Source of the DNA: Magallana gigas | Taxonomy: Eukaryota | Length of the DNA stretch: 64,000 nucleotides | Direction: 5' to 3' | NCBI RefSeq assembly: GCF_963853765.1 | Contig: NC_088854.1 | Span: 2,604,001 to 2,668,000, forward strand | Shown: positions 25,201 to 36,912 of the stretch, piece by piece | Position numbering within the stretch: position 1 is the first letter of the stretch | Layout: each line of letters starts with the position of its first letter | The notes under the pieces: model-generated | Told to the model about the DNA's origin: nothing | The model's database searches: none | What the model saw: the letters and a program-made list of their open reading frames with translations, nothing else | Position numbers and translations under genes: made by a program

Positions 25201-28200
25201 CCAGTTGTGACGTCAGATGAACGACTGCTCACCGACAGGAAGTTAGTTGCGGTCCCCCAGCATCCCCGTCAATTAAGGCGTTCACAAAGAGAATAAAACC
25301 GCCGTTTCCAGGGTTTTGGTGAGACTGGTCCTCGCGTCACCAATCGACTCATTGAGGCAATAAGATTTTATTGGTCTTTTGTTACAAATAAAGCCCGTCA
25401 TGGTTAATGAATACAAACCTGAGATCAAGAACCTTTGTTTAACTACTGTATTTAAATTGTATTTATTTAACTGCTACAATGAAAATATTAATCATAACAT
25501 TCACATATGAAAATTCTAATGGTAGAACATATGCTACCCCTACAGTCTCCGTTTGACACATCATTATATTATATACATCGATTAAATTGATTTTTAAAAA
25601 TTCAAGAACAATAAGGTAAACCAGAGTTTCACTATAATAATCTGGTAGAGCATTGAAAACACAATGACATCTTTGGTTCCATTGCGGCAATTTGTAAAAC
25701 ATATTATGAGTAAACGCGGAATTAAATAAGACATTTGCGTGACAGAGACTAACAATTATTTTAACCCCTATTCTTTGTTTCTCGAATAGAGTCATTTTCT
25801 TCACAACATTTGATATTTACATAAAACTGCTCTTTATTTGCAAACTAAAACCACAAAAATATGTTAAGGTCCAAATATGCATTATTTACCAATTCAAGCT
25901 TTGACTCCATAGGTATCATCGAAACGACCACGCGAGGTTCATGTATTTGATGGTGTCTGACACGGTAATTGGTACTAAACAAAACAGTTCACAGTTCATA
26001 CTGGGCTAACACGTGGTCAGGACGAGAGATACAGGGACCAAAGCATAAAGCGGCCCCATAAATCATTAATGAACTCCATATACACGCCAGTAGCACGTCA
26101 GATACATAGGTAAATATTGTGTGGTTAACAGAGCTCAGTTTTGTTTTTTAGAATCAATAAACTACCATCTTCTACCTTATATACATCAACATTTCCGATA
26201 TTTACAACAATTAAAACGTCGACTATTTTGTCAGAAAATACAATTAAAAAAAGTTTGTGTGAGGATAAAGTTATTCGACAAACAGCTTGATCAGCAGTTA
26301 CGGATTTCGTTTGACACTTTTGATCCAATGTTGTCGCATGCTCCTATTTTATATTCTCGCGATTTGATGCCAAACGGTTTAATCGCGAAATTAAGTACTC
26401 AAATAAAATAAGGAATCTACAGTATTCCATCTGCCTGAGACCCACCTTAATCCACTATTTATCCACCTGAGACCCACCTTAATGTCACTCTCATCCACTA
26501 TTTATCCACCCGAGACCTACCTGAGACCCACCTTAATGTCAATCTCATCCACTATTCCATCCACCGGACACTCACCTTAATGACTCTTTCATCCACTATT
26601 CCATCCATCTGAGACCCACCTTAATGACCCTCTCATCCACTATTCCATCCACCTGAGACCCACCTTAATGACTCTTTCATCCACTATTCCATCCACCTGA
26701 GACCCACCTTAATGACCTTCTCATCCACTATTCCATCCACCTGAGACCCACCTTAATGACCCTCTCATCCACTATTCCATCCACCTGAGACCCACCTTAA
26801 TGACCTTCTCATCCACTATTCCATCCACCTGAGACCCACCTTAATGACCCTCTCATCCACTATTCCATCCACCTGAGACCCACCTTAATGACCTTCTCAT
26901 CCACTATTCCATCCACCTGAGACCCACCTTAATGACCCTCTCATCCACTAGTCCATCCACCTGAGACCCACCTTAATGACAATCTCATCCACTATTTATC
27001 CACCTGAGACCCACCTTAATGACACTTTCATCCACTATTCCACCTATAACATAGACTTTGTTTTTGTCTAATTCTTCTAACATATCAGTTGCATCAGGAG
27101 TGAGGTAGATGATGTCATTAGTGTCAAACAGCTCCAAAACTGGAACCTCTGTCATTTCCACCTAAAACAAAGAAAAGTTCAATCCCACCATTTTATCCAT
27201 CTTGTTATCATTTTAATTAAATAAATGATTTAGTTGATGCATATTGCTGCTAAAAAATAAATTGGCTTTTACTTCTTTTATCGTTTTTTCCAAAATTTAT
27301 CTGAGAAATGCTCAGACAAGTTGAAATGTTTAATCAAAACAATATTTGGTTTCACAATATATGAAACAATGGTCCTATTTTGTGTTGACTGCAGTAATTA
27401 AAGAAAAAACAAAAGAATCTTCAAACACAATTTGCAGGAAGGGTCTGTTGCATAGATGTGTGTCATTTCTGAACATTTTGAAGTCATTTAAAACAACCAG
27501 GTTAATAAAACATTAAGAATTTCAGAAAGAGAACACAATGTGTTCCTACTTGAGACACAAGATGTGAGTCACTTGAGGGATTCCTACATACATTCCAGGA
27601 CAGACATAAACACTAGAGAGAACAGGAAGGTTTTTGAGTTCTTAATGCCGAATTGAAGGACAGCAGGTGAATAGGGAACACACAGAGAAAATAAAACAAC
27701 AATTTACTGTAACACACATTTCTACAGATAATTGAAATCCAACCACAAAGCAGAAGCCAAGTTGTTCCTGAGAGGGAGATTTATGTAACCATTACTTGTT
27801 AAGCTCTAATCAACTCTCCATAAATAAATGAAACAATTACATTGCCATGCAAATTAGAAGCAGCCTGTTCTTAGATGTATTTTCATTTGTACAAAATTGA
27901 GCATGTACATTAGGTATCATGGTAGAAATAATTTATTGGCAAGGAATAAGCTACATAAGATTCATTATTTTACTCATTATCTTTTAAATACTGATTTCTG
28001 ACATTATTGCAATAAATATTTGGTGGGAGATCGATACTTTTTTCTTTTCTTTTGACATTGAAAAGACTAATTACTTTGGCATCCTTGCACTAATCATTAT
28101 TCTTTTCAACACAGTTACATATGCATGTGATTAAACCAATTATACAGACCTCCTCCTATAAATCTAAGAATAGAAATGTCATACCTGATACTTCTCAAAA

Positions 28201-30004
28201 CCATCAATCTTCTGAATGCATTCCTGGTATAACTCTCCGTTTTTGTCAAATCCGGCAAAATAAACATGAGCTGGTGTGTCTGCCTTTTTGTTTACCCCGT
28301 ACAATCGGCAAAGCTGCTGGGCCAGTTTATTCTTTTCCTGCCATTTAAATTATAAAGAATTATTTTAAAAAACACACACAAATTGTCAGTTTGTAACAAT
28401 AAACAATCTGTAACTTTCATACAATAAATTTTTAATTATTTCATATTCCAACATATAATAAATAAATATAATGCCTAATACCTGTATAGGACTACCGGTA
28501 TATATGGCTGTGCGGATTTCGTGAATTTCTATCCATAAAAACAAAATATGGAAAATACCGTACATATCACACTTGATCATTACAAAACTAAAGCTTCAAA
28601 GTGTCACCAGAATTCACCTTTGATGTCATAGTGTTTTCCATGCTCAGGTCAATGCAAATTCTTTGACCACAAATCATGGCCGCCTCGAGCTTAGACTTTA
28701 TTTCTTCTCTCAACTCTTTCCTAGTAGGTTGAACCATAGCTTCCTCTGAATTTAAAGACAAACATATTCACTTTGACAGATGTGACAATGCTTGACAAGT
28801 ATTTTAACTGAATTTGAAATTGTTTAAATCATTTTTTATTAAATCATAAATACTGAATACTGATGACAGAGCACAGTTTTCAAGCATATGTTATGATTTT
28901 AAAATATAATCATAATGGATAAATTATGTTATTTACTACTACAGTATAGAAAGTGTCAAAATACAAACTTTTCTCTTTCTTTGCCTTTTCTTTCATTTTC
29001 AGCTTTTGTAACTGTCTTTTTTCTTTCCTCATCTCTTTTTTTCTTTGCATGGCTAATTCTTGTTTTAATCTTTTTTTCTGTGATCTCTAACAGTATAAAA
29101 AAATCACAAGTTCATATTTTTAAATTAAATTGTTTTAATATTTGTTTCATATGAAATTACTGGTACATCAATATATCATGAAAGATCAATTTTTATCATA
29201 CTTTCTGCATATAAACATTCAAAATAGCAGTAAATAAACATATTATTAACGCAACAAGTACTGTAAACCAATTTTTATTCTTTTATTCGACGACTAATGT
29301 TCGCGACCAAGCCTTATCCAGACCTGTATTGTTATAAAAATTACAGACAAAGGATTGGTTCGCGGCAAGAAATATTCGCAATGACAAGGCTCTCGCTAAC
29401 CTCGCGAAAATTTCTCGTACGCAAATAACCTGGTGGTAGGGTCTAGAAATATATGTTCATGAATACATTTCATTTGCCTATATTTACAAACTTACAGTGA
29501 TAAAACAACCACGGATGTATATACTGGTATTAGTACATACTTCCCTGAAACAACTGATCAGTGCTGAATTTCAATTCATGATGAGCTTATTGTAAATAAT
29601 TAAAATTTATATACTATCTGCTTGGTATATTGCATATCTATTTTTGCCCTTGAACATTAAAAGGTATTCTTTATACCATACTAAATACTTTATCTTTAGG
29701 AAATACTTCATAGGCAGACTATATGTGTTAATAAAAAACACATCTATTGTATTTGTATTACATAAAGTTTGATTGAATGATTCTCACATACCGGTAACCG
29801 CTTCAGTTCAGTTGCCACTGTTTTGTCAGGTGCGTCAAACTGGTCCCTCGTGACCCCATTACAATCACTCGAGGACTTCACTTCCAGGATTTCATCCTCA
29901 GATTTCTCTTTGATCATAGTGGCTGGACTTTCATTCTTAGATGTGTCTTTGTTTCGACTAACTGAGTCGTTATTTTGTGTTTCGTTCTCCTCAATATCAC
30001 ACAT
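22208..30004 (-). CDS. TRMT10B: tRNA (guanine-N1)-methyltransferase TRM10 family, TRMT10B-like, about 324 aa, 7 exons
   Basis: complement join(30004-29792,29086-28969,28745-28618,28337-28185,27161-27015,23772-23655,22305-22208), 975 nt in phase. Motifs RICIDLSME, LAQQLCRLYGVNKKA, IIYLTPDA, VYVIGGIVDES, RLPIDRYM, QILAINQVFEIL, PERKGYVL. Confidence 0.9.
23010..23329. mobile_element. Degenerate MITE related to the 13442-13844 element
   Basis: GTAGCATCGT / ACGATGCTAC inverted ends, G/C runs and a shared internal GATTAGGATTT..A.GATTTT motif. No clear TSD. Confidence 0.5.
24316..25017. mobile_element. Non-autonomous mariner-like element in TRMT10B intron 5
   Basis: TA|CGAGGGTTGTCCCAAAATA ... TATTTTGGGACAACCCTCG|TA: perfect TIR, TA TSD and a mariner-type CGAGGG terminus. 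Confidence 0.85.
26423..27045 (-). repeat. 44-bp minisatellite made of the TRMT10B exon-5 end plus splice donor (14 donor copies including the real one)
   Basis: Minus-strand unit GTGGATGGAATAGTGGATGAGAGGGTCATTAAG|GTGGGTCTCAG versus exon end GGTGGAATAGTGGATGAAAGTGTCATTAAG|GTGGGTCTCAG. Confidence 0.95.
29259..29430. mobile_element. Truncated TACTGTAAAC-type MITE
   Basis: Starts TACTGTAAACC with internal TTCGCG repeats. The right terminus was not found. Confidence 0.35.
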
Positions 30005-30335
30005 TGCACTAACTTTCCATCAGCGTTTTACAATCAAATTTCATATTTTCCTAAATTTGGTGTGTTTCTCTATTTGTTTACATGTCATCCATGCGACTTT
30101 CATTTTAAATAATATTATATCCGGTCTTCAAATTTTAGATAACCTGAACATGTGTTGCTTTCTATTTTTGTTCAAAAAATAACATTTCATGAACATTTTT
30201 GCTAAAATTCAACAACTTTTGCAAGATATAGAAATCTTGTTTAACTACGTTTGTATTATATTTAAATATATAGAATGAATTTTGTGAGAGATGAATTCGA
30301 ATAAACTAGGAACAATCTATCTTGTTGAACAGAAA

Positions 30336-33300
30336 ATGAAAGTCAGGAAAACGTTTCTGAATTTTGGCGAGAGGATATTTTCTGATGCATACAAACTTGT
30401 AAGTTGTAGTGTGTAAAATTGTAGACACTCTTAGAATAAATGGATTTTTCTTTTACAGAACATTTCATAATTTTCTATTCATCGCAACGATCATCGCAAT
30501 CGTTGCAACAAAATAAATCTTTAAAAGCGACAGTAAACATCATTTCAGAGTTTCCCGAGATATGTTAGCGGACAGCAACAACAACATATGGCGAGAGGGT
30601 TGCCGAAAAAACTACCAATTGCAGGAGTTGAGAAAGTCATTGTTGTTGCATCAGGCAAAGGTGGGGTAGGGAAGTCCACAACAGCAGGTACTCACACTTT
30701 AGTCAGTTGTTTTCAAAAGCTCCGTTCAGTGATATGTATATGTAAAATACATACGATCATACTTAAACATGCATGCTGAGAAATCTAGACGCCTGCTGTT
30801 AACCTAATATACTCCCTGATGTCCATGTGTTGTACTTGCTGGTGTCCATGTGTGTATTCCTTGGTGTCCACATGTTGTACGTACTCAGTGTACATGTGTT
30901 GTACTCCCTGGTGTCCATGTGTTGTAATCCCTGATGTTGATGTTTTGTACTCCCTGATGTCCATGTGTTGTACTCCCTGGTGTCCATGTGTTGTACTCCC
31001 TGATGTCCATGTGTTGTACTCCCTGATGTCCATGTGTTGTACTCCCTGATGTCCATGTGTTGTACTCCCTGGTGACCATGTGTTGTACTCCCTGATATCT
31101 ATGTGTTGTACTCCCTGATGTCCATGTGTTGTACTCCCTGATGTCCACGTGTTGTACTCCCTGGTGTCCATGTGTTGTACTCCCTGATGTTCATGTGTTG
31201 TACTCCCTGATGTCTATGTGTTGTACTCCCTGATGTCCCTGTGTTGTACTCCCTGATGTTCATGTGTTGTACTCCCTGATGTCCATGTGTTGTACTCCCA
31301 GGTGACCATGTGTTGTACTCCCAGGTGACCATGTGTAGTAATCCCTGGTGTCCATGTGTTGTACTCCCTGATGTCCATGTGTTGTACTCCCTGGTGACCA
31401 TGTGTTGTACTCCCTGATATCTATGTGTTGTACTCCCTGATGTCCATGTGTTGTACTCCCTGATGTCCACGTGTTGTACTCCCTGGTGTCCATGTGTTGT
31501 ACTCCCTGATGTCCATGTGTTGTACTCCCTGATATCTATGTGTTGTAATCCCTGGTGTCCATGTGTTGTACTCCCTGATGTCCATGTGTTGTACTCCCTG
31601 ATGTTCATGTGTTGTACTCCCTGATGTCCATGTGTTGTACTCCCAGGTGATCATGTGTTGTACTCCCTGGTGTCCATGTGTTGTACTCCCTGATGTCTAT
31701 GTGTAGTAATCCCTGGTGTCCTTGTGTTGTACTCCCTGATGTCCATGTGTTGTACTCCCTGGTGACCATGTGTTGTACTCCATGATGTCCATGTGTTGTA
31801 CTCCCTGGTGACCATGTGTTGTACTCCCTGATGTCCATGTGTTGTACTCCCTGATATCTATTTGTTGTACTCCCTGGTGACCATGTGTTGTACTCTCTGG
31901 TGTCCATGTTTTATACTCCCTGGTGTCTAAGAAATTCCTGCAAGGTTTGTTAGAGCCTTGTTGTTGCGATTGCAGGGAATATTTCTCACCGCAAATCTTA
32001 TCGTATGATTGTTATTACAACACCAGTCTGAATAAGGCTTGCTCATAGAAATAAGTTGTTGCAAACCATGCAGTTTATCATATTAAGTAGATAATGAAAT
32101 AATGTTGTTGCTAATAAAAGTTGATTTACAGATATGTATTTTTCAGTGAATCTTGCCCTGGGATTAGCTGCAAATGATGAGGTACTTGTGTTCTTTAAGT
32201 GAGATCTGTGCCTCTATATTGTCAAACTTATAATCTGTTTCTTTAGCATTATAGCATGTGACATATATATATGTTTTCAGTCAAAGAGAGTAGGTTTACT
32301 AGATGCTGATGTATATGGTCCCTCGCTTCCAACCATGATGAACGTCAATGAAGAACCGGAGTTAAACAAGCGTAGGTGTACTATGTACATACTGAGGGTG
32401 TTCACTGGTTTTGTTAGTTCACTACTAGTGTGCATGTACGTCTTTCAATCTTACTACCCGATAATGTTAAATTGAAAATTCAGTTAACTTATTATATTTA
32501 GCGTGTCTAAATTTTTATTTAATTTTTTCAACAAGATAGCATAGGTTTGATTTTGTGCAATTCAGAATGTACCTATTCACACACACGCACGCACAGGCGT
32601 GCATGTGCGTGCGTGTGAAAATTTAGGGGAACCTGCTTACAGTTACTATTGTATAAAGGATCATTATGAAATATTTTAAAGTGCATGCAGAAGTATCTTA
32701 GAAACAAACTTTATTTTCTGCTATCTCTACTTTGCAGAAAATCTAATGATACCACTACAAAATTATGGACTGAAATGGTAGGTATCTCTTAATACATCAT
32801 TAGACTTTTAGCTCAATCATTCATATCTATGTGATTTTCTGCTAGACATTTCTCTGAGTATAATACCGTAATACAATTTTCCAATGAATAGCATGTCTAT
32901 GGGGTTCCTTGTGGAGGAGAATGCCCCGATTGTCTGGCGGGGAATGATGGTCATGTCTGCCATACAAAAGTTACTAAGACAAGTAAGTACCATGTACTAC
33001 CAAGAAGCAGAAAAATACAGCTATACTGAAACATTCTTGTACATGTACAATACATTATGTTCCAGGTGGTGAAAATTCAGTTTCTTGTACATGGCAAAAA
33101 AATACTAATAGCCATACCTTTAACCAGAAAATCTATATATTTCTTGATATCTATCTTGTATAAGTACATTCCATTTACCATAAAGGTGGCTTGGGGTCCG
33201 TTGGATTACCTGGTGGTGGACATGCCCCCAGGGACGGGAGACACCCAGCTCTCCATCTCACAGAACATCCCCGTAAATGGTAAGACGACTATCAACAGCT

Positions 33301-35092
33301 CTTAAATCTAGCACAGACCCACAAATAGGGACATCTAAACAAGGCATGTAAAGACCAATGCAATGCCAATCAATATTTGATATTTTGGAGATCTATTTGA
33401 ATAAACATTATCCTGAAAATATTACTAAAATCACTTTCCTACTTTTCTTGATATTTGTGGAAAACCCAATTTCACTCCTGTAAATGCATATAAATGTATA
33501 CATGCATCACATAGAGTCATTTTCAAACCTAAGATTATTTTCTTAGGTGCAGTGATCGTGTCCACCCCACAAGACATTGCTCTGTTAGATGCCAGGAAGG
33601 GGGCAGAGATGTTCCGTAAGGTAGAGGTCCCTGTGCTGGGCCTCGTCCAAAACATGAGTGTGTATGTCTGTCCCAAGTGTGGTCACCACGAACATATATT
33701 CGGGAAGGACGGCATTGATAAGATCGCCACAGCCATGAATCTGGATATCCTTGGTAACAGCAATTTATTGTTGAAGCAGTAAATAATCTGTATATGTACA
33801 TCATTTACCGATAAGCATTTTCTGATCACAGATCAATACTTTTCTTAGCAAGAAATAATTCTACATTTTATTGTATTATACAGTACATTTCTTTATAAAT
33901 GTACCATTACTAGATTCAACACTTCCTTCAATTTAATTTTTGACAAATTGACAAGTATTGGTCTCCAGAATTTACGTGTACAGTATTACTCAGGGTTTTA
34001 TCAATAGAGCTGTCTGTAACCTGTGATTGAGCTTTTCTGATGTAGATGATCCATTTATTTTTTATTACGTAACAGGAGACATTCCTTTGAACAAACACAT
34101 CAGAGAGGGGTGTGACTCAGGGAAACCTATACTAGTGACAGACCCTAACTGTCCAGAGGTGAGGTTAAGAGTATTAATATTAATAAAGTTCTTGTCATCC
34201 AAAGGATATTCCTCTTTGTTTTCCTTTGGACTGAAATGCACACTTTCATTGGTATAAACATGGCACTTGACTGCTGGATATATCTCTATGTCCATCTGGT
34301 GAGAAATGATATTTGGCAATACAGCCGACGCTTCACCTACTCATCTTGACATTACATATTATTTAATACAAAAATTGCATTCTGTATGTGGTTAAAATGT
34401 TTGAAGTGGTTGCCCTTTGAAATTACTTTGCATTAGAGTAGTTGCCTTTTGAACTGACGTCACATTGTTGTGTCTGGAGCGGAATAAAATGGTAGCGTTA
34501 AGATTCACTCAAATCTCTGCAGAGGAAAGGGAGAAAATGTTTATAATTAAATAGCACCAAAACATTGTAAGTGAACAAGGGTGCCAAAAAGATTTTCAAA
34601 GACCATTTGAATGGTGATAATGAGAATATTAAAGAGTTCAACTGTGTTAAATTGGACAAGATGTGAGGCCACTTTTACATGAATTTTTAAAATCGCTTAT
34701 GAAATAAATGTCTCACTTGATAGTCCTAAGAAAAACTTAACACTTATTTAGTTTGTTACTGACTGACTAAAGAAATATATCAGGTTGATGAATTTCATAG
34801 ATGGCTCAGCTTTGCTTTGCCACCTCTGAGATTCATCAACCCGATATATATTTCTGTAGTCAGTCAATAACAACCCTAATAAGTACATGTAATAGTATAT
34901 ATGATACATGTGCCCTATTCACATGTAGATTGTTTGGAACACTTGGAAATTCATGCATTTATTCTAATTATAAATGAATCATTTTCAATCTCATTAATTT
35001 TTCTTAAAATGTTATTGCAGTCCCTCATCTACAAGGATATTGCAAGAAAAGTGGCACAGATTTTGAAAAATCAAAGGGACAAGATTACATAA
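30336..35092 (+). CDS. NUBPL: Iron-sulfur cluster transfer protein NUBPL (Ind1, Mrp/NBP35 family), about 304 aa, 10 exons
   Basis: join(30336-30398,30549-30687,32147-32181,32281-32371,32738-32777,32892-32982,33186-33279,33547-33753,34076-34158,35021-35092), 915 nt in phase. Motifs [63 protein letters not shown]. Confidence 0.95.
30806..31928. repeat. 23-bp minisatellite (CCATGTGTTGTACTCCCTGATGT)n, about 49 copies, in NUBPL intron 2
   Basis: Direct observation. It accounts for all the repetitive ORFs at 30785-31907. Confidence 0.95.
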
Positions 35093-35158
35093 ATGATGGC
35101 ATGTGATACGAATGTGTGGACAAGATTACATAAATGATGGCATGTGATACGAATGTGT
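35077..35158 (+). repeat. 41-bp tandem duplication spanning the NUBPL stop codon
   Basis: GGACAAGATTACATAAATGATGGCATGTGATACGAATGTGT x2. Confidence 0.9.
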
Positions 35159-35607
35159 GTTCGTGTGAGCTAATTAAAGTATGTGTGCTTGTGTATGTCT
35201 CAATGGTGTGAATAAAATATAGAAAAAAAAGTGTCTTAGTTATTGATCATTGATCAGGTCAAAATGTATCACTCTCTGCAATCCAGGAAAGGGCATATAT
35301 CCATGTAGCGTTGAACTAATTTTATTCAAGTACTGTCAAAGCTGATACTGGTACATGTATTTCTCACATGATGTAAATTTGAGTCCAATGTGAAAACAAT
35401 ATTATTTCTTTTTTATTGATTTGTTTCTCAATCCTATTCAGTTCCTGTTCATAAATTTACTGATGATATTAGGTTTTTAATATTCCTGCAATGAAACCCT
35501 AACCCTGAGTTGAAAGTATCATGTTCTGCATCATTACAATCACAGCCATCATGTACTATCCTTTGAGAACTATGTGTGAAGTTGAAACCATGGCTGGAGA
35601 CCATAAC

Positions 35608-35731
35608 TTTTCTTAAGTTCATCTTGAATTGAATTTATCCTAAATACCTGCCTCAAAGAAATAATTATTTTTCTTAAGTTCATCTTGAATTGAATTTATC
35701 CTAAATACCTGCCTCAAAGAAATAATTATTT
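35608..35731. repeat. About 61-bp perfect tandem duplication
   Basis: TTTTCTTAAGTTCATCTTGAATTGAATTTATCCTAAATACCTGCCTCAAAGAAATAATTAT x2. Confidence 0.9.
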
Positions 35732-36912
35732 TTTTCTCTTGACAATCAATATAATTGAGTTTTCCATCACATACAATGACAATCTAATAAAACGGAGTAC
35801 AGAAGTGAATTTACTCAGGATTGTCAGCAAAGCCACTCTCTGACAGAACCAGTTTTGATGAATCAAAATTAAGTTTTAAGATTTCTTTGAAACAGAGACT
35901 GAATTCATTTTTAATAGCCAAGGGTATAATGCCCCATTTCTTATGATTTTTCTCTGAGAAAAAGAACAGGACCTGATTATTAATCTTCAACAGTGACGAT
36001 GGATCAACTGAATCATGGCCTACCAGATCTGGTGTTGACACAAGTTCTCATTAAAAATTATTGCCTGTGTATTGCTGAAAGAATTTCAGTTTAATAACAC
36101 ATATTGGTCTTAAAATTGTGTATATATACATTTAAAAAAATTGTATGCATTGATTAATATTTTATTCCATTTTTGGTAAACATGCATGTACTTATAACAG
36201 ATATTTATACTATTTGTCAAAATAATTTCACAAAAAATTGACTTGGAACAAGTGGATCTCGACAACATGTTATATAATGATCCCAGTCTCTCATCTGCCA
36301 GGGTATATCAGCTGTGTGGACTAGACATCATTGAGATGGTCACCATCTCAAAGAGCCCCACTTTTATAATGGGCAATAGGATGAAAAGCATTTCAGAGAA
36401 CTTTACTTTCACCTTAACCTATGACTTAGATATTAGCATAGAGCTATAATTCTAGCTCATTACAAACCTGTGTTGCAGATCTATAGAGGAAAGGGGGGCG
36501 GTCCAGACCTCCCATCCCCTGGAAAATCCAATTTTTTAAAATTTACATAGTAAAATTACTAAAAAATATGCCTTGGACGTCCCCAGCCCCAACCCCCACC
36601 CCCCGCAGAAAAAATTTCTTGAACCGTGCATGAAACCCTTACCTACAAACATTCGTTTTGTTTGATCTGAGCAAGATTTCAATAATGAGAAAGATACACA
36701 GGATATGATTAAAAAAGATAACATTTGAGGTGTTAGGACAGAGAACTCATGGTACACGGTTTTCTCAAACTGTTGCTGCCTGAAGAGCAAATGTCACAGA
36801 GACCTCGCTACTTATCATCACACTTTCTCCTTTAGTTTTCTCTGGACACTGCAGCCACTTTTTGGTTATCTGTTGTTTGCACTAGTTCTGTATCTCTCTT
36901 TTTACTGACACA

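Noticed and set aside
30785-31907. Many overlapping ORFs with [23 protein letters not shown] repeats
   Set aside because: Translation artefacts of the 23-bp minisatellite inside NUBPL intron 2.
35811-36449. Short ORFs between the convergent NUBPL and OGG1 3' ends
   Set aside because: No recognisable motifs or consistent splice structure; likely UTR or intergenic sequence.
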